Positions 41,601-57,800 of a stretch of 64,000 nt of DNA are shown here, in pieces; position 1 is the first letter of the stretch; every line of letters starts with the position of its first letter. The notes beneath the pieces were generated by a model. The model was not told where the DNA came from. It saw only the letters and a program-made list of their open reading frames with translations, and made no database searches. The DNA comes from Eledone cirrhosa. Lineage: Eukaryota. The position numbers and the translations under genes were made by a program. The stretch covers positions 344,596,001 through 344,660,000 of the forward strand of contig OZ024743.1 of assembly GCA_964016885.1 (NCBI GenBank), written 5' to 3'.

Positions 41601-44600
41601 GTTGTTGTTACTACTGCTTTTGACGCTGTTATTGTTACTACTGTTGATGACGTTGTTGTTGTTACTAATGTTTTTGACGTTGTTATTGTTACTACTGTTG
41701 TTGACGTTGTTATTGTTACTACTGTAATTGACGTTGTTGTTACTACTGTTGTTGACGTTGTTGTTGTTTCTACTGTAATTGACGTTGTTATTGTTACTAC
41801 TGTTGTTGACGTTGTTGTTACTACTGTTTTTGACGTTGTTGTTGTTGTTACTAATGTTGTTGTTACTACTGTTGTTGACGTTGTTGTTACTACTGTTGTT
41901 TACGTTGTTAGTGTTACTAATGTTGTTGACGTTGTTGTTGTTACTACTGTTGTTGACATTATTGTTGTTACTACTGTTGTTGACGTTGTTGTTACTACTG
42001 TTTCCGACGTTGTTTTTGTTACTACTGCTGTTAACGTTGTTATTGTTACTATTGTTGTTGACGTTGTTATTGTTACCACTACTGCCGTTGACGTTGTTAT
42101 TGTTACTACTGTTGTTGACGTTATTTTCGTTACTACTGTTATTGACGTTGTTGTTTTTACTACTGTTGTTGACGTTGTTGTTGTTACTACGGTTATTGAC
42201 GTTGTTGTTGTTACTAGTGTTGTTGTCGTTGTTGTTGTTACTACGGTTATTGATGTTGTTGTTGTTACTACGGTTATTGACGTTGTTGTTACTACTACTG
42301 TTGTGGACGTTGTTGTTACTACTGTTGTTGACGTTGTTGTTGTTACTACTGCTATTGACGTTGTTGTTGTTACTACTGTTATTGACGTTGTTGTTGTTAC
42401 TACTGTTGTTGACGTTGTTGTTGTTACTACGGTTATTGACGTTGTTGTTGTAACTACTACTGTTGTTGACGTTGTTGTTATTACTACTGTTGTTGACGTT
42501 GTTGTTGTTTCTACTGTAATTGACGTTGTTATTGTTACTACTGTTGTTGACGTTGTTATTGTTACTACTGTTGTTGACGTTGTTGTTGATACTACTGCTT
42601 TTGACGCTGTTATTGTTACTACTGTTGTTGACGTTGTTGTTGTTACTACTGCTTTTGACGCTGTTATTGTTACTACTGTTGATGACGTTGTTGTTGTTAC
42701 TAATGTTTTTGACGTTGTTATTGTTACTACTGTTGTTGACGTTGTTATTGTTACTACTGTAATTGACGTTGTTGTTACTACTGTTGTTGACGTTGTTGTT
42801 GTTTCTACTGTAATTGACGTTGTTATTGTTACTACTGTTGTTGACGTTGTTGTTACTACTGTTTTTGACGTTGTTGTTGTTGTTACTAATGTTGTTATTA
42901 CTACTGTTGTTGACGTTGTTGTTACTACTGTTGTTGACGTTGTTAGTGTTACTAATGTTGTTGACGTTGTTGTTGTTACTACAGTTGTTGACATTATTGT
43001 TGTTACTACTGTTGTTGACGTTGTTGTTACTACTGTTTTTGACGTTGTTTTTGTTACTACTGCTGTTAACGTTGTTATTGTTACTATTGTTGTTGACGTT
43101 GTTATTGTTACCACTACTGCCGTTGACGTTGTTATTGTTACTACTGTTGTTGACGTTATTTTCGTTACTACTGTTATTGACGTTGTTGTTTTTACTACTG
43201 TTGTTGACGTTGTTATTGTTACTACTGTTGTTGACGTCGTTATTGTTACTACTGTTATTGACGATGTTGTTGTTACTACTGTTGTTGACGTTGTTGTTGT
43301 TACTACGGTTATTGACGTTGTTGTTGTTACTACTGTTGTTATCATTGTTCTTGTTACTACGGTTATTGACGTTGATGTTGTTACTACTACTGTTGTTGAC
43401 GTTGTTGTTATTACTACTGTTGTTGACGTTGTTGTTGTTACTAATGTTGTTGACGTTGTTGTTGTTACTACTGTTATTGACGATGTTGTTGTTACTACTG
43501 TTGTTGACGTTGTTGTTGTTACTACGGTTATTGACGTTGTTGTTGTTACTACTGTTGTTGTCATTGTTGTTGTTACTACGGTTATTGACGATGTTGTTGT
43601 TACTACAGTTAGTGACGTTGTTGTTGTCACTACTGTTGTTGACGTTGTTGTTACTACTGTTATTGACGTTGTTGTTATTACTACTGTTATTGACGTTGTT
43701 TTTATTACTACTGTTGTTGACGGTATTGTTGTTACTACTGTTGTTAACGTTGTTATTAGTACTGTTGTTGACGTTGTTGTTGAAACTACTGTTGTTGACG
43801 TTGTTATTTTTACAACTGTTCATGACGTTGTTGTTACTACTGTTGTTGACGTTGTTGTTACTACTGTTATTGACGTTGTTGTTATAACTAGTTACTGACG
43901 TTGTTGTTGTTACTGCTGTTGTTGACGTTGTTATTACTACTGTTGTTGACGTTGTTGTTGTTACTACTGTTGTTGACGTTGTTATTGTTAATACTGTCGT
44001 TGACGTTGTTGTTGTTACTACTATTGTTTACGTGTTATTGTTACTACCGTCGTTGACGTTGTTGTTGTTACTACTGTTGTTGACTATGTTATTGTTACTA
44101 CTGTCGTTGACGATGTTGTTGTTACTACTGTTGTTGACGTTATTGTTGTTACTACAATTGTTGACGTTGTTATTGTTACTACTGTTGTTGACGTTTTTGT
44201 TACTACTGTTGTTGACGTTGTTGTTGGTACTACTGCTTTTGATGCTGTTATTGTTACTATTGTTGTTGACGTTGTTGTTAATGATGTTGTTGACGTTATT
44301 GTTGTTACTACTGTTGTTGACGTTGTCATTGTTACTACTGTTGTTGACGTTGTTATTGTTACTACTGTTGTTGACGTTGTTATTTTTACTACTGTTGTTG
44401 ACGTTATTGTTGTTACTACTTTTGTCTACGTTGTTGTTTTTACTACTGTTGTTGACGTTGTTGTTGTTTCTACTGTAATTGACGTTGTTATTGTTACTAC
44501 TGTTGTTGACGTTGTTATTGTTACTACTGTTGTTGACGTTGTTGTTGTTACTACTGCTTTTGACGCTGTTATTAATACTACTGTTGTTGACGGTATTGTT

Positions 44601-47600
44601 GTTACTACTGTTGTTAACGTTGTTATTAGTACTGTTGTTGACGTTGTTGTTGTTACTACTGTTGTTGACGTTGTTATTTTTACTACTGTTCATGACGTTG
44701 TTGTTACTACTGTTGTTGACGTTGTTTTTACTACTGTTATTGACGTTGTTGTTATAACTACTGTTACTGACGTTGTTGTTGTTACTACTGTTGTTGACGT
44801 TGTTATTACTACTGTTGTTGACGTTGTTGTTGTTACTACTGTTGTTGACGTTGTTATTGTTAATACTGTCGTTCACGTTGTTGTTACTTCTATTGTTTAC
44901 GTGTTATTGTTACTACTGTCGTTGACGTTGTTGTTGTCACTACTGTTGTTGACGTTGTTATTGTTACTACTGTCGTTGACGATGTTGTTGTTACTACTGT
45001 TGTTGACGTTATTGTTGTTACTACAATTGTTGCCGTTGTTATTGTTACTACTGTTGTTGACGTTTTTGTTACTACTGTTGTTGACGTTGTTGTTGGTACT
45101 ACTGCTTTTGATGCTGTTATTGTTAATATTGTTGTTGACGTTGTTGTTACTGATATTGTTGTTACTGATATTTTTACTACTGTTGTTGACGTTATTGTTG
45201 TTACTACTGTTGTTTACGTTGTTGTTTTTACTACTGTTGTTGACGTTGTTGTTGTTTCTACTGTAATTGACGTTGTTATTTTTTACTACTGACGTTGTTG
45301 TTGTTACTAATGTTTTTGACGTTGTTATTGTTACTACTGTAATTGACGTTGTTGTTGTAACTACTGTTGTTGACGTTGTTGTTTACTGACGTTGTTATTG
45401 TTACTACTGTTGTTGACGTTGTTATTGTTACTACTGTAATTGACGTTGTTGTTACTACTGTTGTTGACGTTGTTGTTGTTTCTACTGTAATTGACGTTGT
45501 TATTGTTACTACTGTTGTTGACGTTGTTGTTTTTACTAATGTTGTTGACGTTGTTGTTGTTTCTACTGTAATTGACGTTGTTATTGTTACTACTGTTGTT
45601 GACATTGTTATTGTTACTACTGTAATTGACGTTGTTGTTACTACTGTTGTTGACGTTGTTGTTGTTTCTACTGTAATTGACGTTGTTATTGTTACTACTG
45701 TTGTTGACGTTGTTGTTGTTACTACTGTTATTGACGTTGTTGTTGTTACTACTGTTGTTGACGTTGTTGTTGTTACTAATGTTGTTGATGTTGTTGTTGT
45801 TGTTACTACTGTTGTTGACGTTGTTGTTACTACTGTTGTTGACGTTGTTAGTGTTACTAATGTTGTTGACGTTGTTGTTGTTACTACTGTTGTTGACATT
45901 ATTGTTGTTACTACTGTTGTTGACGTTGTTGTTACTACTGTTTCCGACGTTGTTTTTGTTACTACTGCTGTTAACGTTGTTATTGTTACTATTGTTGTTG
46001 ACGTTGTTATTGTTACCACTACTGCCGTTGACGTTGTTATTGTTACTACTGTTGTTGACGTTATTTTCGTTACTACTGTTATTGACGTTGTTGTTTTTAC
46101 TACTGTTGTTGACGTTGTTGTTGTTACTACGGTTATTGATGTTGTTGTTGTTACTAGTGTTGTTGTCGTTGTTGTTGTTACTACGGTTATTGACGTTGTT
46201 GTTGTTACTACGGTTATTGACGTTGTTGTTGTTACTACTACTGTTGTGGACGTTGTTGTTACTACTGTTGTTGACGTTGTTGTTGTTACTACTGCTATTG
46301 ACGTTGTTGTTGTTACTACTGTTATTGACGTTGTTGTTGTTACTACTGTTGTTGACGTTGTTGTTGTTACTACGGTTATTGACGTTGTTGTTGTTACTAC
46401 TACTGTTGTTGACGTTGTTGTTATTACTACTGTTGTTGACGTTGTTGTTGTTACTAATGTTGTTGACGTTGTTGTTGTTACTACTGTTATTGACGATGTT
46501 GTTGTTACTACTGTTGTTGACGTTGTTGTTGTTACTACTGTTGTTGTCATTGTTGTTGTTACTACGGTTATTGACGATGTTGTTGTTACTACAGTTAGTG
46601 ACGTTGTTGTTGTTACTACTGTTGTTGACGTTGTTGTTACTACTGTTATTGACGTTGTTGTTATTACTACTGTTATTGACGTTGTTGTTATTACTACTGT
46701 TGTTGACGGTATTGTTGTTACTACTGTTGTTAACGTTGTTATTAGTACTGTTGTTGACGTTGTTGTTGAAACTACTGTTGTTGACGTTGTTATTTTTACA
46801 ACTGTTCATGACGTTGTTGTTACTAGTGTTGTTGACGTTGTTGTTACTACTGTTATTGACGTTGTTGTTATAACTAGTTACTGACGTTGTTGTTGTTACT
46901 ACTGTTGTTGACATTGTTATTACTACTGTTGTTGACGTTGTTGTTGTTACTACTGTTGTTGACGTTGTTATTGTGAATACTGTCGTTGACGTTGTTGTTG
47001 TTACTACTATTGTTTACGTGTTATTGTTACTACCGTCGTTGACGTTGTTGTTGTTACTACTGTTGTTGACTATGTTATTGTTACTACTGTCGTTGACGAT
47101 GTTGTTGCTACTACTGCTGTTGACGTTATTGTTGTTACTACAATTGTTGACGTTGTTATTGTTACTACTGTTGTTGACGTTTTTGTTACTACTGTTGTTG
47201 ACGTTGTTGTTGGTACTACTGCTTTTGATGCTGTTATTGTTACTATTGTTGTTGACGTTGTTGTTAATGATGTTGTTGACGTTATTGTTGTTACTACTGT
47301 TGTTGACGTTGTCATTGTTACTACTGTTGTTGACGTTGTTATTGTTACTACTGTTGTTGACGTTGTTATTTTTACTACTGTTGTTGACGTTATTGTTGTT
47401 ACTACTTTTGTTTACGTTGTTGTTTTTACTACTGTTGTTGACGTTGTTGTTGTTTCTACTGTAATTGACGTTGTTAGTGTTACTACTGTTGTTGACGTTG
47501 TTATTGTTACTACTGTTGTTGACGTTGTTGTTGTTACTACTGTTTTGACGCTGTTATTGTTACTACTGTTGATGACGTTGTTGTTGTTACTAATGTTTTT

Positions 47601-50600
47601 GCCGTTGTTATTGTTACTACTGTTGTTGACGTTGTTATTGTTACTACTGTAATTGACGTTGTTGTTGTAACTACTGTTGTTGACGTTGTTGTTTTTACTA
47701 ATGTTATTGACGTCGTTGTTGTTTCTACTGTTGTTGACGTTGTTATTGTTACTACTGTTGTTGACGTTGTTATTGTTACTACTGTAATTGACGTTGTTGT
47801 TACTACTGTTGTTGACGTTGTTGTTGTTTCTACTGTAATTGACGTTGTTATTGTTACTACTGTTGTTGACGTTGTTGTTACTACTGTTATTGACGTTGTT
47901 GTTGTTACTACTGTTTTTGACGTTGTTGTTGTTACTAATGTTGTTACTACTGTTGTTGACGTTGTTGTTACTACTGTTGTTGACGTTGTTAGTGTTACTA
48001 ATGTTGTTGACGTTGTTGTTGTTACTACTGTTGTTGACGTTGTTGTTACTACTGTTTTTGACGTTGTTTTTGTTACTACTGCTGTTAACGTTGTTATTGT
48101 TACTATTGTTGTTGACGTTGTTATTGTTACCACTACTGCCGTTGCCGTTGTTATTGTTACTACTGTTGTTGACGTTGTTGTTACTACTGTTGTTGACGTT
48201 GTTGTTACTACTGTTGTTGACGTTGTTGTTACTACTGTTGTTGACGTTGTTAGTGTTACTAATGTTGTTGACATTATTGTTGTTACTACTGTTGTTGACG
48301 TTGTTGTTACTACTGTTTTTGACGTTGTTTTTGTTACTACTGCTGTTAACGTTGTTATTGTTACTATTGTTGTTGACGTTGTTATTGTTACCACTACTGC
48401 CGTTGCCGTTGTTATTGTTACTACTGTTGTTGACGTTATTTTCGTTACTACTGTTATTGACGTTGTTGTTTTTACTACTGTTGTTGACGTTGTTATTGTT
48501 ACTACTGTTGTTGACGTCGTTATTGTTACTACTGTTGTTGACGTTGTTGTTGTTACTGCTGTTGTTGACGTTATTGTTGTTACTACAATTGTTGACGTTG
48601 TTAATGTTACTACTGTTGTTGACGTTTTTGTTACTACTGTTGTTGACGTTGTTGTTGGTACTACTGCTTTTGATGCTGTTATTGTTACTATTGTTGTTGA
48701 CGTTGTTGTTACTGATGTTGTTGACGTTATTGTTGTTACTACTGTTGTTGACGTTGTCATTGTTACTACTGTTGTTGACGTTGTTATTGTTACTACTGTT
48801 GTTGACGTTGTTATTTTTACTACTGTTGTTGACGTTATTGTTGTTACTACTGTTGTTTACGTTGTTGTTTTTACTACTGTTGTTGACGTTGTTGTTGTTT
48901 CTACTGTTATTGACGTTGTTATTGTTACTACTGTTGTTGACGTTGTTATTGTTACTACTGTTGTTGACGTTGTTGTTGCTACTACTGCTTTTGACGCTGT
49001 TATTGTTACTACTGTTGTTGACGTTGTTGTTGTTACTACTGCTTTTGACGCTGTTATTGTTACTACTGTTGATGACGTTGTTGTTGTTACTAATGTTTTT
49101 GACGTTGTTATTGTTACTACTGTTGTTGACGTTGTTATTGTTACTACTGTAATTGACGTTGTTGTTACTACTGTTGTTGACGTTGTTGTTGTTTCTACTG
49201 TAATTGACGTTGTTATTGTTACTACTGTTGTTGACGTTGTTGTTACTACTGTTTTTGACGTTGTTGTTGTTGTTACTAATGTTGTTGTTACTACTGTTGT
49301 TGACGTTGTTGTTACTACTGTTGTTTACGTTGTTAGTGTTACTAATGTTGTTGACGTTGTTGTTGTTACTACTGTTGTTGACATTATTGTTGTTACTACT
49401 GTTGTTGACGTTGTTGTTACTACTGTTTCCGACGTTGTTTTTGTTACTACTGCTGTTAACGTTGTTATTGTTACTATTGTTGTTGACGTTGTTATTGTTA
49501 CCACTACTGCCGTTGACGTTGTTATTGTTACTACTGTTGTTGACGTTATTTTCGTTACTACTGTTATTGACGTTGTTGTTTTTACTACTGTTGTTGACGT
49601 TGTTGTTGTTACTACGGTTATTGACGTTGTTGTTGTTACTAGTGTTGTTGTCGTTGTTGTTGTTACTACGGTTATTGATGTTGTTGTTGTTACTACGGTT
49701 ATTGACGTTGTTGTTACTACTACTGTTGTGGACGTTGTTGTTACTACTGTTGTTGACGTTGTTGTTGTTACTACTGCTATTGACGTTGTTGTTGTTACTA
49801 CTGTTATTGACGTTGTTGTTGTTACTACTGTTGTTGACGTTGTTGTTGTTACTACGGTTATTGACGTTGTTGTTGTAACTACTACTGTTGTTGACGTTGT
49901 TGTTATTACTACTGTTGTTGACGTTGTTGTTGTTTCTACTGTAATTGACGTTGTTATTGTTACTACTGTTGTTGACGTTGTTATTGTTACTACTGTTGTT
50001 GACGTTGTTGTTGTTACTAATGTTTTTGACGTTGTTATTGTTACTACTGTTGTTGACGTTGTTATTGTTACTACTGTAATTGACGTTGTTGTTACTACTG
50101 TTGTTGACGTTGTTGTTGTTTCTACTGTAATTGACGTTGTTATTGTTACTACTGTTGTTGACGTTGTTGTTACTACTGTTTTTGACGTTGTTGTTGTTGT
50201 TACTAATGTTGTTATTACTACTGTTGTTGACGTTGTTGTTACTACTGTTGTTGACGTTGTTAGTGTTACTAATGTTGTTGACGTTGTTGTTGTTACTACA
50301 GTTGTTGACATTATTGTTGTTACTACTGTTGTTGACGTTGTTGTTACTACTGTTTTTGACGTTGTTTTTGTTACTACTGCTGTTAACGTTGTTATTGTTA
50401 CTATTGTTGTTGACGTTGTTATTGTTACCACTACTGCCGTTGACGTTGTTATTGTTACTACTGTTGTTGACGTTATTTTCGTTACTACTGTTATTGACGT
50501 TGTTGTTTTTACTACTGTTGTTGACGTTGTTATTGTTACTACTGTTGTTGACGTCGTTATTGTTACTACTGTTATTGACGATGTTGTTGTTACTACTGTT

Positions 50601-51805
50601 GTTGACGTTGTTGTTGTTACTACGGTTATTGACGTTGTTGTTGTTACTACTGTTGTTATCATTGTTCTTGTTACTACGGTTATTGACGTTGATGTTGTTA
50701 CTACTACTGTTGTTGACGTTGTTGTTATTACTACTGTTGTTGACGTTGTTGTTGTTACTAATGTTGTTGACGTTGTTGTTGTTACTACTGTTATTGACGA
50801 TGTTGTTGTTACTACTGTTGTTGACGTTGTTGTTGTTACTACGGTTATTGACGTTGTTGTTGTTACTACTGTTGTTGTCATTGTTGTTGTTACTACGGTT
50901 ATTGACGATGTTGTTGTTACTACAGTTAGTGACGTTGTTGTTGTCACTACTGTTGTTGACGTTGTTGTTACTACTGTTATTGACGTTGTTGTTATTACTA
51001 CTGTTATTGACGTTGTTTTTATTACTACTGTTGTTGACGGTATTGTTGTTACTACTGTTGTTAACGTTGTTATTAGTACTGTTGTTGACGTTGTTGTTGA
51101 AACTACTGTTGTTGACGTTGTTATTTTTACAACTGTTCATGACGTTGTTGTTACTACTGTTGTTGACGTTGTTGTTACTACTGTTATTGACGTTGTTGTT
51201 ATAACTAGTTACTGACGTTGTTGTTGTTACTGCTGTTGTTGACGTTGTTATTACTACTGTTGTTGACGTTGTTGTTGTTACTACTGTTGTTGACGTTGTT
51301 ATTGTTAATACTGTCGTTGACGTTGTTGTTGTTACTACTATTGTTTACGTGTTATTGTTACTACCGTCGTTGACGTTGTTGTTGTTACTACTGTTGTTGA
51401 CTATGTTATTGTTACTACTGTCGTTGACGATGTTGTTGTTACTACTGTTGTTGACGTTATTGTTGTTACTACAATTGTTGACGTTGTTATTGTTACTACT
51501 GTTGTTGACGTTTTTGTTACTACTGTTGTTGACGTTGTTGTTGGTACTACTGCTTTTGATGCTGTTATTGTTACTATTGTTGTTGACGTTGTTGTTAATG
51601 ATGTTGTTGACGTTATTGTTGTTACTACTGTTGTTGACGTTGTCATTGTTACTACTGTTGTTGACGTTGTTATTGTTACTACTGTTGTTGACGTTGTTAT
51701 TTTTACTACTGTTGTTGACGTTATTGTTGTTACTACTTTTGTCTACGTTGTTGTTTTTACTACTGTTGTTGACGTTGTTGTTGTTTCTACTGTAATTGAC
51801 GTTGT
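29640..51805. repeat. ~7,426-bp higher-order repeat, 3 tandem copies
   Basis: ORF offsets 30825/38251/45677, 32162/39588 and 36602/44028 equal 7,426. Copy 1 lacks 51 bp near 30640. Copy 3 has a 1-bp deletion at 47543 and a 108-bp deletion near 50010 (offset falls to 7,425, then 7,317). Confidence 0.95.
33110..33570. repeat. 261-bp internal duplication within the 7.4-kb higher-order repeat
   Basis: ACCACTACTGCCGTTGCCGTT at 33278 and 33539, repeated at 40704/40965 and 48129/48390. Confidence 0.8.
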
Positions 51806-54800
51806 TAGTGTTACTACTGTTGTTGACGTTGTTATTGTTACTACTGTTGTTGACGTTGTTGTTACTACTGCTTTTGACGCTGTTATTGTTGCTACTGTTG
51901 TTGATGTTGTTGTTGTTACTACTGCTTTTGACGCTGTTATTGTTACTACTGTTGATGACGTTGTTGTTACTAATGTTTTTGCCGTTGTTATTGTTACTAC
52001 TGTTGTTGACGTTGTTATTGTTACTACTGTAATTGACGTTGTTGTTGTAACTACTGTTGTTGACGTTGTTGTTTTTACTAATGTTGTTGACGTTGTTGTT
52101 GTTTCTAATGTAATTGACGTTGTTATTGTTACTACTGTTGTTGACGTTGTTATTGTTACTACCGTAATTGACGTTGTTGTTACTACTGTTGTTGACGTTG
52201 TTGTTGTTTCTACTGTAATTGACGTTGTTATTGTTACTACTGTTGTTGACGTTGTTGTTACTACTGTTATTGACGTTGTTGTTGTTACTACTGTTTTTGA
52301 CGTTGTTGTTGTTACTAATGTTGTTACTACTGTTGTTGACGTTGTTGTTACTACTGTTGTTGACGTTGTTAGTGTTACTAATGTTGTTGACGTTGTTGTT
52401 ACTACTGTTTTTGACGTTGTTTTTGTTACTACTGCTGTTAACGTTGTTATTGTTACTATTGTTGTTGACATTGTTATTGTTACCACTACTGCCGTTGGCG
52501 TTGTTATTGTTACTACTGTTGTTGACGTTATTTTCGTTACTACTGTTATTGACGTTGTTGTTTTTACTACTGTTGTTGACGTTGTTATTGTTACTACTGT
52601 TGTTGACGTCGTTATTGTTACTACTGTTGTTGACGTTGTTGTTGTTACTGCTGTTGTTGACGTTATTGTTGGTACTACAATTGTTGACGTTGTTAATGTT
52701 ACTACTGTTGTTGACGTTTTTGTTACTACTGTTGTTGACGTTGTTGTTGGAACTACTGCTTTTGATGCTGTTATTGTTACTATTGTTGTTGACGTTGTTG
52801 TTACTGATGTTGTTGACGTTATTGTTGTTACTACTGTTGTTGACGTTGTCATTGTTACTACTGTTGTTGACGTTGTTATTGTTACTACTGTTGTTGATGT
52901 TGTTAATTTTTACTACTGTTGTTGACGTTATTGTTGTTACTACTGTTGTTTACGTTGTTGTTTTTACTACTGTTGTTGACGTTGTTGTTGTTTCTACTGT
53001 AATTGACGTTGTTATTGTTACTACTGTTGTTGACGTTGTTATTGTTACTACTGTTGTTGACGTTGTTGTTGTTACTACTGCTTTTGAAGCTGTTATTGTT
53101 ACTACTGTTGTTGACGTTGTTGTTGTTACTACTGTTGATGACGTTGTTGTTGTTACTAATGTTTTTGACGTTGTTATTGTTACTACTGTTGTTGACGTTG
53201 TTATTGTTACTACTGTAATTGACGTTGTTGTTACTACTGTTGTTGACGTTGTTGTTACTACTGTTGTTGACGTTGTTAGTGTTACTAATGTTGTTGACGT
53301 TGTTGTTGTTACTACTGTTGTTGACATTATTGTTGTTACTACTGTTGTTGACGTTGTTGTTACTACTGTTTTTGACGTTGTTTTTGTTACTACTGCTGTT
53401 AACGTTGTTATTGTTACTATTGTTGTTGACGTTGTTATTGTTACCACTACTGCCGTTGACGTTGTTATTGTTACTACTGTTGTTGACGTTATTTTCGTTA
53501 CTACTGTTATTGACGTTGTTGTTTTTACTACTGTTGTTGACGTTGTTATTGTTACTACTGTTGTTGACGTCGTTATTGTTACTACTGTTGTTGACGTTGT
53601 TGTTGTTAGTACTGTTGTTGACGTTATTTTCGTTACTACTGTTATTGACGTTGTTGTTGTTACTACTGTTGTTGATGTTGTTATTGTTACTACTGTTGTT
53701 GACGTTATTGTTGTTACTACAATTGTTGACGTTGTTATTGTTACTACTGTTGTTGACGTTTTTGTTACTACTGTTGTTGACGTTGTTGTTGGTACTACTG
53801 CTTTTGATGCTGTTATTGTTACTACTGTTGTTGACGTTGTTATTACTACTGTTGTTGACGTTGTTGTTGTTACTACTGTTGTTGACGTTGTTATTGTTAA
53901 TACTGTCGTTCACGTTGTTGTTGTTACTAATGTTGTTACTACTGTTGTTGACGTTGTTGTTACTACTGTTGTTGACGTTGTTAGTGTTACTACTGTTATT
54001 GACGTTGTTGTTGTTACTACTGTTGTTGACGTTGTTGTTGTTACTAACGTTGTTGATGTTGTTGTTGTTGTTACTACTGTTGTTGACGTTGTTGTTACTG
54101 CTGTTGTTGACGTTGTTAGTGTTACTAATGTTGTTGACGTTGTTGTTGTTACTACTGTTGTTGACATTATTGTTGTTACTACTGTTGTTGACGTTGTTGT
54201 TACTACTGTTTCCGACGTTGTTTTTGTTACTACTGCTGTCAACGTTGTTATTGTTACTATTGTTGTTGACGTTGTTATTGTTACCACTACTGCCGTTGAC
54301 GTTGTTATTGTTACTACTGTTGTTGACGTTATTTTCGTTACTACTGTTATTGACGTTGTTGTTTTTACTACTGTTGTTGACGTTGTTATTGGTACTACTG
54401 TTGTTGACGTCGTTATTGTTACTACTGTTGTTGACGTTGTTGTTGTTACTACTGTTATTGACGTTATTTTCGTTACTACTGTTATTGACGTTGTTGTTGT
54501 TACTACTGTTGTTGATGTTGTTATTGTTACTACTGTTGTTGACGTCGTTATTGTTACTACTGTTGTTGACGTTGTTATTGTTACTACTGTCGTTGACGTT
54601 CTTTTTGTTACTACAGTTACTGACGTTGTTGTAGTTACTACTGTTGTTGACGTTGTTATTGCTACTACTGTCGTTGACGTTGTTGTTGTTACTACTGTTG
54701 TTGACGTTATTGTTGTTACTACAATTGTTGACGTTGTTATTGTTACTACTGTTGTTGACGTTTTTGTTACTACTGTTGTTGACGTTGTTGTTGGTACTAC

Positions 54801-57800
54801 TGCTTTTGATGCTGTTATTGTTACTATTGTTGTTGACGTTGTTGTTACTGATGTTGTTGACGTTATTGTTGTTACTACTGTTGTTGACGTTGTCATTGTT
54901 ACTACTGTTGTTGACGTTGTTATTGTTACTACTGTTGTTGACGTTGTTATTTTTACTACTGTTGTTGACGTTATTGTTGTTACTACTGTTGTTTACGTTG
55001 TTGTTTTTACTACTGTTGTTGACGTTGTTGTTGTTACTACTGTTGTTTACGTTGTTGTTTTTACTACTGTTGTTGACGTTGTTGTTGTTTCTCCTGTAAT
55101 TGACGTTGTTATTGTTACTACTGTTGTTGACGTTGTTATTGTTACTACTGTTGTTGACGTTTTTGTTGTTACTACTGCTTTTGACGCTGTTATTGTTACT
55201 ACTGTTGTTGACGTTGTTGTTGTTACTACTGCTTTTGACGCTGTTATTGTTACTACTGTTGATGACGTTGTTGTTGTTACTAATGTTTTTGACGTTGTTA
55301 TTGTTACTACTGTTGTTGACGTTGTTATTGTTACTACAGTAATTGACGTTGTTGTTACTACTGTTGTTGACGTTGTTGTTGTTTCTACTGTAATTGACGT
55401 TGTTATTGTTACTACTGTTGTTGACGTTGTTGTTGTTACTACTATTATTGACGTTGTTGTTGTTACTACTGTTTTTGACGTTGTTGTTGTTGTTACTAAT
55501 GTTGTTGTTACTACTGTTGTTGACGTTGTTGTTACTACTGTTGTTGACGTTGTTAGTGTTACTAATGTTGTTGACGTTGTTGTTGTTACTACTGTTGTTG
55601 ACATGATTGTTGTTACTACTGTTGTTGACGTTGTTGTTACTACTGTTTTTGACGTTGTTTTTGTTACTACTGCTGTTAACGTTGTTATTGTTACTATTGT
55701 TGTTGACGTTGTTATTGTTACCACTACTGCCGTTGACGTTGTTATTGTTACTACTGTTGTTGACGTTATTTTCGTTACTACTGTTATTGACGTTGTTGTT
55801 TTTACTACTGTTGTTGACGTTGTTATTGTTACTACTGTTGTTGACGTCGTTATTGTTACTACTGTTGTTGACGTTGTTGTTGTTACTACTGTTGTTGACG
55901 TTATTTTCGTTACTACTGTTATTGACGTTGTTGTTACTACTGTTGTTGATGTTGTTATTGTTACTACTGTTGTTGACGTTATTGTTGTTACTACAATTGT
56001 TGACGTTGTTATTGTTACTACTGTTGTTGACGTTGTTGTTGGTACTACTGCTTTTGATGTTGTTATTGTTACTATTGTTGTTGACGTTGTTGTTACTGAT
56101 GTTGTTGACGTTATTGTTGTTACTACTGTTGTTGACGTTGTCATTGTTACTACTGTTGTTGACGTTGTTATTGTTACTACTGTTGTTGACGTTGTTTTTT
56201 TTACTACTGTTGTTGACGTTATTGTTGTTACTACTGTTGTTTACGTTGTTGTTTTTACTACTGTTGTTGACGTTGTTTTTTCTTCTACTGTAATTGACGT
56301 TGTTATTGTTACTACTGTTGTTGACGTTGTTGTTGTTACTACTGCTTTTGACGCTGTTATTAATACTACTGTTGTTGACGGTATTGTTGTTACTACTGTT
56401 GTTAACGTTGTTATTAGTACTGTTGTTGACGTTGTTGTTGTTACTACTGTTGTTGACGTTGTTATTTTTACTACTGTTCATGACGTTGTTGTTACTACTG
56501 TTGTTGACGTTGTTGTTACTACTGTTATTGACGTTATTGTTATAACTACTGTTACTGACGTTGTTGTTGTTACTACTGTTGTTGACGTTGTTATTACTAC
56601 TGTTGTTGACGTTGTTGTTGTTACTACTGTTGTTGACGTTGTTATTGTTAATACTGTCGTTCACGTTGTTGTTGTTACTACTATTGTTTACGTGTTATTG
56701 TTACTACTGTTGTTGATGTTATTGTTGTTACTACAATTGTTGACGTTGTTATTGTTACTACTGTTGTTGACGTTTTTGTTACTACTGTTGTTGACGTTGT
56801 TGTTGGTACTACTGCTTTTGATGCTGTTATTGTTACTATTGTTGTTGACGTTGTTGTTACTGATGTTGTTGACGTTATTGTTGTTACTACTGTTGTTGAC
56901 GTTGTCATTGTTACTACTGTTGTTGACGTTGTTATTGTTACTACTGTTGTTGACGTTGTTATTTTTACTACTGTTGTTGACGTTATTATTGTTACTACTG
57001 TTGTTTACGTTGTTGTTTTTACTACTGTTGTTGACGTTGTTGTTGTTTCTACTGTAATTGACGTTATTTTCGTTACTACAGTTATTGACGTTGTTGTTGT
57101 TACTACTGTTGTTGACGTTGTTGTTGTTACTACTGCTTTTGACGCTGTTATTGTTACTACTGTTGATGACGTTGTTGTTGTTACTAATGTTTTTGACGTT
57201 GTTATTGTTACTACTGTTGTTGACGTTGTTATTGTTACTACTGTAATTGACGTTGTTGTTGTAACTACTGTTGTTGCCGTTGTTATTGTTACTACTGTAA
57301 TTGACGTTGTTGTTACTACTGTTGTTGACGTTGTTGTTCTTTCTACTGTAATTGACGTTGTTATTGTTACTACTGTTGTTGACGTTGTTGTTGTTACTAC
57401 TGTTATTGACGTTGTTGTTGTTACTACTGTTGTTGTTGTTACTAATGTTGTTGATGTTGTTGTTGTTACTACTGTTGTTGACGTTGTTGTTACTACTGTT
57501 GTTGACGTTGTTGTTTTTACTACTGTTGTTGACGTTGTTTTTTCTTCTACTGTAATTGACGTTGTTATTGTTACTACTGTTGTTGACGTTGTTATTGTTA
57601 CTACTTTTGTTGACGTTGTTGTTGTTACTACTGCTTTTGACGCTGTTATTAATACTACTGTTGTTGACGGTATTGTTGTTACTACTGTCGTTAACGTTGT
57701 TATTAGTACTGTTGTTGACGTTGTTGTTGTTACTACTGTTGTTGACGTTGTTATTTTTACTACTGTTCATGACGTTGTTGTTACTACTGTTGTTGACGTT